DNA from: Rhodosorus marinus CCMP1338
Taxonomy: Eukaryota > Plantae > Rhodophyta
Length of the DNA: 64,000 nt
Reading direction: 5' to 3'
Assembly (NCBI GenBank): GCA_029953675.1
Contig: JAMWBK010000006.1
Span: 1,550,001 to 1,614,000 of the forward strand
Shown: piece by piece, positions 48,686-61,900 of the stretch
How the letters are laid out: every line of letters starts with the position of its first letter
Numbering within the stretch: the stretch's first letter is position 1
Made by a program: the position numbers and the translations under genes
The notes under the pieces: model-generated
Seen by the model: only the letters and a program-made list of their open reading frames with translations
What the model was told of the DNA's origin: nothing
The model's database searches: none

Positions 48686-50744
48686 CTAAGCCACGTCAGT
48701 CTCCGCAATCGTCAGTCCCGTAGTAGCCGCGCTGATATCCTCATTTAGGTTATCGTCGCCTACTCCCTCAGTGATCATAGTGCTATCACCAGCGACGGCG
48801 ATTTCCTCCATCTTGCTCGTGCCGCCTAGGTCTTTCGGAAAGTCAGTTGGTGGAGCAACTGCATTTCCAGCGATGATGTCCTTGAAAGAGGGTCTGTTCA
48901 GGTCCATTGCCAAGGGGGCGTCAGCAGACTTCATTTCCCCTTCAGGAAAATCGCCGTCAACAACTACCTGCGACTTGCGCGCAATAGGTGGTTTCTTCGC
49001 TCCAGATTTTTCAGCAGTATCCTAAATCCAACGAATGAAATACCAACAATTAGACCACAAACCGAACTGAGTAGTGTTCACCGGCGACTTTGTCGGGGGG
49101 ACTCTCACCTTTTTCTCTTCACTTTCTGCCGGAGGAAGTGCTGTTCTGTAGTATTCCTGTTTCTCTTTGACCGCCTGAAAAGTGCTTGGGACCTCGCCCC
49201 TGGTAGACGGGGCCTTAATCCCTAGCTTCCCGAACGCCGTGTAGGCCTCCATTGAATGCTTGGGAATCTTCTTATCTGCGTCCGAAGCAGACCTTGAACC
49301 CTTCCCGCGCTTGCCCTTCTTACCCTTGCTCAGTGCTGCGTAACCATCGTCCGCCTCAACCAGTCCAGCGCTCTTACCGATCGCTTCCGCCCCGCTGTTA
49401 TCACTGATTTCTCTGGCCACAGGCTTTTCCGGAGTCTCAGTCTCCGCAGAGGTTTCCGCAGTCTCCTTCTCGTCTTCAATAATCAATGACGGGTCTAAGG
49501 CCTGCAGATACAGCAAGAGAGACCGACACATCGCCTTTTGTCCCTCATACGGATCTGTAGGCTCCAGCTCAGCGAGCTCCGCCTCGTACTTCAACCGTTC
49601 CCCTTCCTTCCTAGCTTTGAAAGCTTCAAGCTTCTGCTGCTTCTTGTATCTTTCGAACTCGAAGTACTTCTCCTCAGTCTCCTTGTATTCCTTGAACCGC
49701 CTATCATGGTCAGCAATAATACGATCAATCTCGTCCTTTGCGTCCTTCTTCTTTTGCTTCTCCGTTTCATAATCTACGTGTTGGATCTAGTCGAGAAGAT
49801 TCACGGGCTACCGCTATCAGCAAAAGTAAGATAGTGCGAAGCTCGCTATCGTGCGTTCCAGAACAATTAAAAATGTCTAAGCTTCTTACCGGCGTCCTGA
49901 GCTCGTCGAAAACGGACTTTTGAGCTTCCTTGATCTGCTCGATAGCTTTCTTCTGTGCATCATACTTGGCTTGGATGGCGTTGATTTCGGCGTCTAGAGC
50001 TTTTCGCTGCTTCTCAAGTTCTTCTCTCTCTTTCTTCCTATCCTCCTTGGAAGCTTTGAACTCTTCCCTTTGCTGCTCGATCTTGCCCATTATCTCCAAA
50101 CCACTGTGCTTCAGATAATTAATCTCCCCTGTAATTGACTTCTCTTCCTTCGTCGTCAGAGATTCGGTTATGTGAATGTATTCAAGCTCCTTAATTCGCT
50201 TCTCCACATCTGCTACGGTCGTGCAATATTTCAGAGCACGCGGTAAATCCTTCAAACTATTCTTACTAGTTCCATCGTAGTCCTGTTGCTTCAGAGCTCG
50301 GATCTGGTCAACAATCGCCTTCTTGGCCTCGATCTTTTCACGCATGAGATGATAATACTCATCCTTTGCCTTACTCAGACCCTCGACCTCCAGCCTGGCA
50401 TCTCTCTTCGCCATCTTGATCTTGTCACTACCATCCCTGAGCTTTGACAGGTTTTCACTCGCTTGATTTCGTATCTCCTTTTGTACATTTATAAGCTCAT
50501 CCCGTTCCTCCCTCGAGGGCCTTGGAATCCTCTTTACCGGCTTAGGCGGTTCTTTGACCGTCTCCACTACCTTGTCCTCAACCTTGTCCTCAACCTTGTC
50601 CTCAACCTTGTCCTCAACCTTGTCCTCAACCTTCTCCTCGACTTTTTCCTCCACTTCCGCTCCCTCCTCTTTGCTCACTTCCTCAACCATTTCCAGTCCG
50701 TTCTCTGTAAGCTGCACGCTCACCTCTTCGGCTTCCTCCGCCAT
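48686..50744 (-). CDS. BFR1 / proton pump-interactor (PPI1)-like coiled-coil protein, multi-exon
   Basis: Long coiled coil with TTVADVEKRIKELEYIHITESLTTKEEKSITGEI, DPYEGQKAMCRSLLLYL and KHSMEAYTAFGKLGIKAPST..AVKEKQEYY, as in the BFR1/PPI family. Start MAEEAEEV at 50744. Confidence 0.7.
50571..50654 (-). repeat. Coding 12-bp tandem repeat (KVED x5 perfect plus 2 degenerate units)
   Basis: CTTGTCCTCAAC repeated five times at 50571-50630, then CTTCTCCTCGAC and TTTTTCCTCCAC. Confidence 0.95.
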
Positions 50745-52610
50745 GTCCAAGACTCTCTCTCCGAACACGAGCTTCCCAAAGCAACTGTTTTTAGATCTTG
50801 ATCAAGACTGCTCCAACTCACGACATACACAGCGCATCAAAACTTAGGAGGAAAAACTTGCAAGCGCTGCAAAAAAAACAAAAACAAAAAAGATCTTCCT
50901 CTCCTCCAAAGACTCCTCCTTCACACACCCACATGCAACCCCCAACCCACAGCACAGCTAGACCATTACCTGTCCCGTCTCACTCTTACGCACCCTGACA
51001 GCCCTTATCTTTGCAACCCGTCTCTCACGCCCAAACAAGAAATATCCAAATCCGCTATGCTTGTCACCCCCTACCCCGCAAAACCCCCTGCACCCCCCTT
51101 TTGCAGTAGGTTACCCCCTTGCTCTTCTTGAGTTCCAGTACCCAGCGCTCCCAAAAACATCATAATCTTATTCATAAGAGGATATTTTGGACTGTCGTAT
51201 TCTCGATTTACCAGGGGTATGGATTAACTTTAAGTTATGTCTACGCAATCGGTTCCCACCCCCCTCTTATTTTTTTGTTTTCCTATTCGACGTAAAACTC
51301 CGAAAAGAGAAATTAATCAGAACGCCTGCACTGTACTAAAAAATTGTTAATCTTGGCAATCCGGGGGGGGTTTGACACGCAGTCTTAACCGGGTTTCGGG
51401 TGGAGGATAGAAAATTGGTAGAATTTTCAAGTCGATGAGAGGCGATGACATGTAGCTTTTAGGATACGAAGTATCTTGTTTTGGAAAATTAGACCTTTTT
51501 ATGAGAATATCCTTTCTTGAGCGTCAAAGTAGCCCTGGTGGCAGAAACGCCAAAAAGAAACCGCCTGACTGAGAAAGAAACTAAGAAGTGATCACCTTCG
51601 CCGCCCCACCCCCACCCCCCTGGTCTTTCCACTCTCAAAATGCTCTTCCCGACTAGAACCCCCTTAGATCAGTATTCTATATATATATATACTTTTCTAG
51701 AAACCGTTGCGTGTGCCTCGCTTTGCACCATTCCCTATCAAATGCATTCGTATTGAGGGGGTGGTTCAGTGGATGGTTTCAATTTACTCATCCTGCAAGG
51801 CGTCGGACAAAAACGGGCTAAGAAGGAGAAAGACGTATCCACGCAGCAGCCTGTTTTTGAGCACCAAAAATATAACTGAAAGACCCAAAATTTGGCGTAC
51901 TGACGGTGTCTGCTGCTAGTGCATATCGTATTTACGTTTTAGAGCTTTCGTCTCCTACGACGATCCCTTAATATTCTGGAAAATAAAAAAACACTTTCCA
52001 TTTCCATATCCGAAATTGGGAGAGAAATCGGTTTGGATAATGGATATTGTTTTTTTTGAAGTATTCTTTGCCGACACGACCAGATGTGCTGAAAAAGGGC
52101 TCTACCTTCTAACAAGGGCTAGAAGGGTTCAACCTGAATCCAATCCCAACTCTAGCAAGGACCCAGTGCGAACAAAAACAAAAAACTAAAACTACTAAAA
52201 GGAACAAAAATTCTTGTTTTCCGATTCTTTCAGTATTTGCGTACCCCGCCCGTATTTTTCTATCCGATTATTGGCATCCATTGTAACCCCTCGCTGCGCT
52301 CGTCAGAAACTCTGTGGCACGTTTTTGTTTTGGGACGTTGTAGCGACTATTAGGGAACGGGCTTGATTCGCGTTTACTGAGATTTTTTGGGAAGGCCCCC
52401 ACTCTACGGATTGGGAAATTTCATTGTCCGTGATAGTCACCCCTCTGTCCTTAAGATCAACTCTTTTGTTGGGACTCCTGCAGTAGCCTCGCACTCACTC
52501 TTCTTTAGCAGGCATCTGATTCAAAATGGTCTCGAGTATGTTCTGGAGGGCTTTTTAAACTTGAAATTATGCTCAGATTGAAAAGCTTGCCTGATTAGAG
52601 TGGGATCAAA

Positions 52611-53468
52611 ATGTCAACCCTCGCCCTAGAGCAAATGCGGAGCGATCTACTGCCGCGAATCGTCGTTGTATTGCCCTTATTGCTGTTACTGCTGTTGCCG
52701 AGATATCTTCTCCGAGGTTGGAGAACAAGACCTTCACGAGCTTTCAAGCTCGTGCATGAGATAGCATATGTTTTTGCGCCTACTGCCCACGATGTGACTC
52801 TAGTAGTACAAGACGAGCAGGCTTTGAAGATGCTAGTCCAGCGAACAAAAAATCTTCGTGAGTTTGACTTTTTCCGAGCTAGATTAAGAGGAGACCACTC
52901 CTTATATACTTAGGGGTCCTATGGATGTCTTAGCTTAAGCAGATTAGTTTTTGCGTATATTGGTATTGCCAAAGGTATATGCCCATGGCATCCCACCATC
53001 CCGTGGCACGTCTTTGCGTCTTACGCTTGAACTGGCAAAATCAATGGGGACACCAAACCTCCACGTGAAATGCCGCATGGTCGTTTGCCAAAGGTATATG
53101 CCCATGGCATCCCACTATCCAGTGGCACGTCTTTGCGTCTTACCCTTGAACTGGCCAAATCAATGGGGACACAAACCCTCGAAGTGAAGTGCCGCATGTA
53201 CTCTAGGTTTGGCGGTCCCTCCACATCCGCGGAGGTTGAATCTCCCGTGGGAATCCAACTTCGACGGTACTGGGCTGCGTCATCGGCAAACGACAGAACA
53301 CGACATGAAGGCCTTATGTGCCTGATGTTTTGCAAGATGGAGTTCAACCAAGTGTGGAATCTCCAGCATCGATTTGGGTTCGAATGTATATTCTGCTGTA
53401 CCTCAAAAAGGCGAATATGGCCGGTGGATCAGACCGATTTTGTTCCCCATTTTACTGATGCAGAATGA
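52611..53468 (+). pseudogene. Hypothetical coding-like region broken by a frameshifting internal duplication
   Basis: ORFs 52611..52913 (hydrophobic IVVVLPLLLLLLL), 52951..53187 and 53070..53468. The latter two share LPKVYAHGIP.S.GTSLRLTLELAKSMGT because of a 119-bp duplication. No family recognised. Confidence 0.35.
52966..53198. repeat. 119-bp tandem duplication (2 copies)
   Basis: TTGCCAAAGGTATATGCCCATGGCATCCCAC... begins at 52966 and 53085; ..GCCGCATG ends at 53079 and 53198. Confidence 0.95.
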
Positions 53469-53694
53469 TATAGCTTTCCATTTTCACCTCGGCATCGTTT
53501 GAATAAGACATAGATGAATGCACGTAACCCTGCCGTCTGTACAAGCTCACACACAGCTTCCAGCAGGATTCACAAGATGAACCCCAAAACCCTCTACAAT
53601 ATACCTCGCTTAGTAAAAATGACAAAAAACACACAAAAAAAAGAGGTAGCCCTCATAATTGACATTGGTTGGGGTCCTCAAAATCTCATCTCTA

Positions 53695-56600
53695 CTAACT
53701 GAGCACACCATTATTCGGTTGCCGACGCGGAACAGAATTCTGTCTGGGCCAACCGGGCTCCAGTCTCGCGATGATATGCTTTCCATAGGAGTATTTTTTG
53801 ATTGCGGATACCTGTTCACGTAGAATTTCCACCACTTTCTGCCTTTGGGCTGGCTCAGCAATATCCAGGATACGTTGAACAACATAATTCCCGTATTGAT
53901 CACGGACCAAAAGGCTCAAAGGGCTCGCCATCGGGGGTCCATCCCCATTGATGAATAAGTCAATAAGTTCCTTCCGCTGCTCAGGTGACCCGTGCTGCAA
54001 GCATCTTTCGACGACATTGGAGGCAAACTTGTGATTTGACAGCCCGAAAATGTCGTTTCGGGCTATATCAACAATCACCATCCTTTCCTCCTCCGTGCCG
54101 TGCTCAACAACATGCTGAATAACGTAGTTTCCATACTGATCGTTAATCAACTGTCGGACACTTATCATAATCTTTCGCATTATCGGTTCTTTTTGCTCGT
54201 TGGATCCATACTCTAGAATCCTTTGCACGACCCTGCAACCATATGAGTGCTCCGCCAATACGACCTATGGAAGCACCGCAGAAAGAAACGCGGGAATAAG
54301 TACCACTAGCACATCACAAGCGTTTCAAACCCGATCGCAAAAACAAATCCGCGGCAGCAATCGAGCCTGGTACGCAATGAGACATTTTGAGGGACTAGCC
54401 TTGGACATACCGCCTGTTCAACCACCTCTTCGACAATAAACTGCACATTCTCCGGCTCTACAAGCTCAACACACTTTTGGATCACATGATTACCGTTTTG
54501 ATCATGGATACATTTCAGGACATGTCCATCCAGCTCGCGGATGAGTTCCGCCCGCGCTGCACTTGCTACGACCTCCAGCGCCTTCTGCACAACTCTACAC
54601 CCGTACATATGCAAAGACAAAGTCAACATTCTCGTCCTCAGTTCCGCTGCAATGCTATCCACTGCGGAAGGTCTGCCATATTCCAACAATTTCTGCACAA
54701 CGTAGTTGCCAAAGACGTCCATCATCAGCCTCTGGAGTTCCTCCAACGCCTCACTGAGAACGGTTTGGACCTCCTCCCCCGACGATGTCTCCAGTTTCTG
54801 CTGTATAAAGCGACTACCATGCTGATCAGTCGCAAACTCAACTACATGGCCCTTAAGCTCCGCCAGCTGCCATTCCCTCGCAACCGGAAGAGACATGTGA
54901 GGAAGTACACCAGCACCGGCATCTGCCCCAGTTGGTCGGACCGAAAAGGAAGTCGCACGAAACTGTTCCAAGAGTGGCGAACGACTGTGCCCAGAATCCG
55001 CGACACCGATTGTCCCCGCCTGACCTTGCTTCTTGTCCCCATAGCCCGCAACATCATCGTAACGTCGATATCTCCCCCGATTCGCTCGTCGATTCATCTT
55101 TCCAGGCGACGACGGCCCCTGATCTCCATACTTCTTCCTGTTCAGATCGTACGCTGATCCCGTTGGAGGGGACCCCCTTCTGTCCGCGGTACCAATGACC
55201 CCAACCTCGCGGTTATTTGCTTCCCAAGCGTTTGCCGGCTTGCCTATCCCAGCCCCTCCTTGATAAGCCGCTCCAAGATTGGCATTGCCACCTCGGTTTG
55301 CAGCCACATTCATAGCTGCCATTTGTGCAACCTGGGCAGCATACAACTGCTGTGCATTGACGAAAGCCGCCATCTGCATCTGTAGATTCATATCTTTCAA
55401 CTTCTCGCTAGAAGCACCCTCGCCAAGTGCACTCGCATTCGGGAAGAACATTTGTCCAGGGTTGTTTGGATTCATCATCGGAAACTGCACGCCAGCGCCG
55501 GGTCCAAGCCCTGGATTGTTACCCCCATTTGACTGAAAGCTTCCGGAGGGAACACCGGGTGGAACTCCTGCCATGCCCCCAAAAGCAAAGTTGTTACCAA
55601 GAAGCGCCCCACTCGTTGGATACTCTACATCCACAGGTAACGCTGCTGAGTGCGCTGCCTGCATCAGTCCGCGCTCATCAGCTTCTGCTAGCCCATGCGG
55701 ACCACCCTGCTGATATTGCTGGCCGATGTGCTGTTGTAAAGCCTGAGCCGCGAACTGCTGGGCTTCTCTCTGCTTGGAGAGGTTCTGCTGATGCTGCTCC
55801 AGTCGCGGCGACTGCGGGTGCGCTTGCACCTGGTGCTGCACAGATGTACCCGAGGGGCTTCCCATTTGCTGTTGTGAGATGATTGCCGCCTGAAGGGAAG
55901 GATTACCAGTGGCGTGTTGCTGCTGTCCTTGTGGCTGAAGCAGAGGTGAACCTTGCTGCGATCCAGGTCCATGTCCAACAGGCTGCTGCGACAACATTGC
56001 GCTCTGCAGCGGGGTTGTGGTTCTGCTGCCGGAAAGTAGAGGTGAACCAGGAGCAGAAATCAGCTGGACTGGCTGTCGGTTCCTAGCTGACGATAGTGGA
56101 GTAGGGGCCAAAATCGACGCCGAGCTCTTCGGCATCGGACCCCATATTCCTGATTTAGAATCACCATCATCGTTTGGTACTTCAAAAGATGGCAGATGCG
56201 AGGTTGATTTAGCCCCCTGGGGGCGGAACTGTGCCAAGCTTGGTGGAGACGGAGGCATATCTTCCAGCACTTCTAGACTCGCCTTCGACCACGGGGAAAT
56301 AGTAGATCCAGCCCCAACATCCCTTAGTTCAGATATTGGAGGTGGGCCCCTGTCGCCTACTGCGCCAGGCGCGACCCCGCTGGGCTTCGCCTGCACAACT
56401 GGCGCCTGACCGATAATAGAGTCTTCTGTCGCCCTCTTCGTTACCATAAGGTAACTGGGTTGGTTGAGGTTTCTCTGCGCGTCTGTGGCAGCGCGCTGCT
56501 GAGCATTATTGGCTTTCCCATAGAAGCTGTCGAAAAAATTGTCTCCCTCTGCAGTACGCGCGACGTCATCATTCTCGAATGCATCCTCAAGCAAAGACTC

Positions 56601-56849
56601 TACTTCCTTGTGGTTTGGATCATTCGGGGCTGCGTCCCCAAGAAAATCATGCAGTGGTGGGGGCGCTGAGGAAGATCGAGTAAGCAGTCCCGCTTCGTCA
56701 AGATTTCCTCCTTTTCTGAGGAGAAAATTCGCTGCGACACTGTTAGGTATACCGGAAGCTAGATTGGAGCCCTCAGTTGTACTTTCAATCACACCCATAG
56801 CCTCCATCTCCCTGCTAATATCATCAACAGACCTGTCACCTGCCATCAT
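53695..56849 (-). CDS. PUM: Pumilio/PUF RNA-binding protein with eight Puf repeats
   Basis: RSSSAPP motif and a Q-rich low-complexity N-terminus. Repeats DQHGSRFIQ, DVFGNYVVQ, HMYGCRVVQ, DQNGNHVIQ, HSYGCRVVQ, DQYGNYVIQ, HKFASNVVE and DQYGNYVVQ, ending in YSYGKHI. One intron at about 54265-54410. Confidence 0.96.
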
Positions 56850-58981
56850 GGCTCCCCCTCTAGCCCCTGAGGCTCCACAGCTTCCTCTTCCCACTCAACA
56901 GCCCCTACACGAGAGCCACTTCGACTTCAAAGCCAAATAGCATTTGTCCCATAGCCCCTCATGCCTCCCTGAAGCCTCCACGATCCATTCCCTCCTCGAA
57001 CCCAACCTTTTCAAACATCCTTCGTCAACAAGCGATGCTTTTGTAACTCCGCCATGCTTTGGGATGATACGGTGCAATAGCCACCTTCCCTGGCATCCTA
57101 GGAACCACCAAAACGACGAAACGAAAAAAAAAAAGTTGCCAAAACTACGTACGAAGAGGTACCTCTACATCCCACCCTCTTCCCCTCCCCCCCGACCCCA
57201 AAAACCAGTTCCCTCTCTTCTCTCTTCCGGAAAAAACCCGGGCAATTTTTCCTTTTCGGTTTTGTTCTCGTAAAAAGAGTCACACATCTTGACACCTGAC
57301 CTTTCCTTTTCACCTCCCCTTCAAAAAATAACAAAAAAGCCTTTCCCAAAATCGAAATACATCCACAAAAATCCCGAAAACTTTATAAAACAATCAAAAA
57401 CACCAATCGACTTTACTGTTAAATGGACAAATCCAGCCAAACCCCCCCCCCCCCTCCGGGTCTCTTCAAATTGAAAATGTCGCACTATTCTCTCTGGCTT
57501 GGAAATATTTTAGTCGTTTTTAAAAAAAATAGGAAGTCTTCAAAAAGCACTAGAAGGTCCCCCCCCCTCCCCTCTAGCAAATTTAAGTAGATTAAAATTT
57601 TTTTTAGTACTTGTGATACAGGAATGACGAAATCGCAATCCACTACCCCCACCCGCACATCGGGAAGACAAACGCTATTTTTTTATTTGGCCTAAATTAG
57701 CCCTTTCCCTCTCATATATATATATATATAAAGAACGAGAGGGGGGGGGGGTTCAGGCTCGTTGCCTGAAGCGTTTTCTCGTGCCGAGCTCACGGAATCA
57801 TTGAAATCCGAAAAACTTATGAACAGTTCTTGATCAATCATCTCAAAGCTTTGCGAATGCATTGTACCCCCCTTAATACCTTCTGACCATAAACCAACAG
57901 GGTTTTAGCTTGTCGCATGATGACTGATTCAATCAAGAAAATTGTTTCTACTTTTTGGGGGGGGGTCCATGTTGCATTCGGAGCAGTCTACGATTGAAAA
58001 CGAGGAGAATTAGAAGGGGTCTTAGTGTAGGGTATGAAGATATTTATCCACATAAATAGTAAATAAAAGGTGATTAAGTGAAAAAGCGCGAGCGGAGGAG
58101 GGGTTGAATGGTTTTGGTGAGGGGTTCTTATCATCGGGATGCGATCGATCGCCTCAAGCAAGACGTATATGAATCTGTAGAATCGATCGGATCGAGAATA
58201 TGAATGCAGGTGTTAGGTCACCGAAATGTTCATCGATGTACGAGAAGTTGCCTGACTATTCACTTGGATGAGTGTGAAGCGCAGCAGATGATTCCGTAGT
58301 CGAAGGTCGCATTGCGATCAGGCTATGGGAAAGTGATCATAGGACAGTACCAGCACCCAGACTCGGATTGTACCCCCCTCCAGATCCGGGCTCCAGTTCA
58401 AATACCCCGGAAGAAATAGCATGTCCGTATTCCATTGTGGGAAAACAAATTTACAGCTCAAGGGGAAGCAAGCCTGTCCCTCTCACGGGAATGGAACACG
58501 CCGGAGGTGCTCGGCTGCGAAACCCGGAGAACTCGATCACGTAGGGAACACTGCTTGCATCGTTTTGCACTACCAGAAGAGTTGATTGCTCCCTACACGA
58601 GTCTGCCTCCGCCCAAAAGGCTGTAGTTCAACCTGCCAGCACAAAACGTCAACTCTGAACTCGCCAAAAAAATACCTTTGGAAGGATCCCAGCGAGGATG
58701 AGGTGGTCTATTCGCTAAGCTGAGTAGAAGCACTTCTGCGCAAGAGCTCAGGGGAACGAGCTCACCGCCTCTCCACGGGAAACATAGCAACACGGTGCTT
58801 GGCAAGTCCCAAAACGTATTCAACAGAAGGCCTCATATGGCCCGGTTTAAAGTTCAATCATTATTGAACGTCCCATTATCAGCAAAGATCATTTCTCCAC
58901 TCTCTATGTACGATGAAAATTTTTCCATGCTCTTTTTTTGAAACTAATTCCGCTCACTCGGACACCTAACCCTAAGCAGAC

Positions 58982-61900
58982 TCAGATGATGTGGCAGTAC
59001 CCTGTGATTGGGTTTTGGATAGGGACGGGTTTGTCGTCTGCGATGGATGCGCTATACTCCGGACGATTCTGCAGCCTCATAAGAACAATCAACAGCATGT
59101 TCCCAATACCATTGGCATATTTCCATGCTGAGGTCCATGTCGGCTGTAGGTAGCCTGGCAAAATGGCGCTGATGCTGAGCTATGTGTTAGTCCATATTTA
59201 CACTCTCTGACCTTCTTTGCACTGTTAATGTCTAGTCTATAGTTGCGACAGACAAGCGGGTTGTATCCACGGCTCACTTCACCTCGCTTGTGCAGTAGTT
59301 GTGGTCCTCATAGAGTAGTTATTTTGCTCGCGGACAGGCCGTTGCATGTCTCTCTGAAGAATTCGGTCAATTTCCGACCCAGCTCCTAAGCCAAATGTAC
59401 GAATGTGAGCGCTTGTACCTTGGGCCAGTTCCCGGGCGGGCCGTATTTGAAAGGAGCAATCAAGGATTAGCTAAGTACCTGACTAGGTCCATCGATAGTG
59501 ATAATCTCGGTTCTCACATCGCTTGTAGTCATTTCTCCCATCTGCGCCATCAGTTCCAGATCTTGCACGGTCTTGCATAGCTCGGGTAGAACGTCGTATT
59601 TCATTATGTCCCTGCCGAAAGATCCGGATTCAAATATCGAATGCAGCAGATTGACGAATATTTCCGGGGATCGGAGCAGTCCATCTGAAAAGAGGCCGAA
59701 CGAAGATGCCACCGTCCATCATCAGTTTCAGCATTCATGCACACGGTTGACCGGGGATAAGGCTTACGCTTTGGGAGGAACCGCTGTTCCCCAGGCAACA
59801 AACTGCTGAATTCGCTGCTGTACACGAACTTTCGGCCATGGGAAACCAAGAGTTTTCTCCACGCCTTTCGGCTGTTAGATCTGGAGCCGGACGATTTGAA
59901 AAGAACGTAGTCCACTTCGCAAAGTCCGCAATAGACGACCGACAATATATAGTCGACCATGTGCTCGTGCAGAAAGGCACTGCATCCGAAGAGGTTCACA
60001 AGCCTCCCTGCAGTTCTAAAGATGGCTGTATGGTCAACTGGTTCACAGGTTCGGGCTGAGCTATCGTGATAATCCAACAGGATTTGCAAGATATCCAAGC
60101 TCATCATGACTTTCGCCGTTGCGACCATTTCCTGTGGATTGACCTATCGCAGGTTAGTGCCGTAAAAGTTTGGTACTTGGGATCAAATGATTCACTCACG
60201 TTTTGATGTATGCTCATATTCTCAGATGTCCAAAACCGTAGCAGCAGCTCTCGACAGTTCGAATACCCATTCGATCGCCTCTTGCAAAGCCGGAGGACTA
60301 TATCATTCAGGGTTTCGGCGCGGAAAGTGCTGGAAACCTAGATCGCAAAAGGAAAGGTGTTCAGCTGATACCCATTGGTATACAACACCATTAAGAAACA
60401 GATACTAAAAGCTAACGATTTCTTACCTGATCTGATTCTGACGAGAAAATGCCACTGGCAATAGCCCCTACAACGTCGTCCGAGTTCGTCGTCCTCAGCA
60501 ACCTGGTTATTAATGCCAGAAGCAGCTCTCTACGTGCATTGTCTTGGCACATTACAGGAATCAGAAGTGAAATACATTCGCACAGAGTATCCCCTAGTTC
60601 ACTGAGTTGGTAACGCATTCCACGCACACGAGGATCAGCGGTTGTCAGATAGGGGAAAGGTGGGGAAAGTGCAACCTACAAAGTCCCAGCTATAAGGCCC
60701 AGCAGCTCAAAGCACAAATCCAGAGCTTCTGCACGAGCTGGTTCAAGTGGAGACAAGAACTTATATCGTGCCAAAAGATCGCAAAAGATCTTCGCTGCTT
60801 TTGTAGTTGAAGTGGCAATTCGCCGATCATCGCTGATGCCTGAAAAAGCGCTAGAGCCCGAAGCTAGGACATTTTCGGGTAGTCTGCCACGAACCATTGA
60901 AACCACCAAGGCTGTGGAACAACGCAGATATTCCATGTCCATCGTAGCCTACCAAGCAAGCATTTTTTTGGAAGAATCAGAAGTCTGAGTGTCCGCGGGT
61001 ACCCTTCTTCATCACCTACCACATGACTCTGCATAAAGTCACTCCTGAACTTGAAGAGCGTGTGCTCCAAGAGTTGATTCATGGACTGCTTCTCTGGAAA
61101 ACGGTTCAGCTTAGAAGCGAGCTCATCGGACAAGAGATGGCTCCGAACGCTTGCGTTCGCTTGTACCGCGGAAACGAAGTCCACAGCCGCCAGAGACGGT
61201 TCCTCCACTTCTAGTCGCGAGAGACGCCGTTGGGTCAGTCCTTCGAAGCAGAAACTCTAAATGAGGTTGCAGCTGCACAGCCTACCCACCAGACTGCGGA
61301 ATAGCACGGCAGATAAAGTGAGGCCCAAAGCCCGTAAGAAAAAAGGGTCCTGACAACCTCGACCGTCAAGGCCTCTCAAAAAAGGAGTCATGTGTGAGCA
61401 ACACAAATCTTGCCCGTGCTCGAAGCGGAGAATCTTCGACAGTGATTGGTCTACGATCCCAAAACAATTGCGAGCGAAAAGCAGAGGGAAGAAACGAAAT
61501 CTGAGATAGCAAATCACAGTATTACCAGCAAAGACCGCGGTGCTTACATCCCGAGATCAATGGAGAGCGCGAAAACATTTCAGTTGCATCTTGAATGAAT
61601 CTACAGTTGTAGAAATAGGTTAGAAGACTACCGAGGGCCTTTGCGCACTTGAGGTTCGTCCGATGATTTGGGTTTTGAGACTCCTGCAAAATGCGACGTT
61701 CAGGAAGGATCCCTGTCAGAACCACCAACATTATTCATATGGGACCACGTAGAGCATCCGTCACCTGGTGCCCATGACTCCTTGTCGAGTATCTGCTCTC
61801 CAGTTTCTTTATCATCAAGGATAGATTGTCAAGGCTGTTGCTTCTCAACGAGGTGGCAAGCTTGTTTCTCCATATGAGAGCATCAGGATCCACGTCGAAA

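Noticed and set aside
58960-58980. Telomere-like CCTAACCCTAA
   Set aside because: It has fewer than two full units, which is expected by chance.
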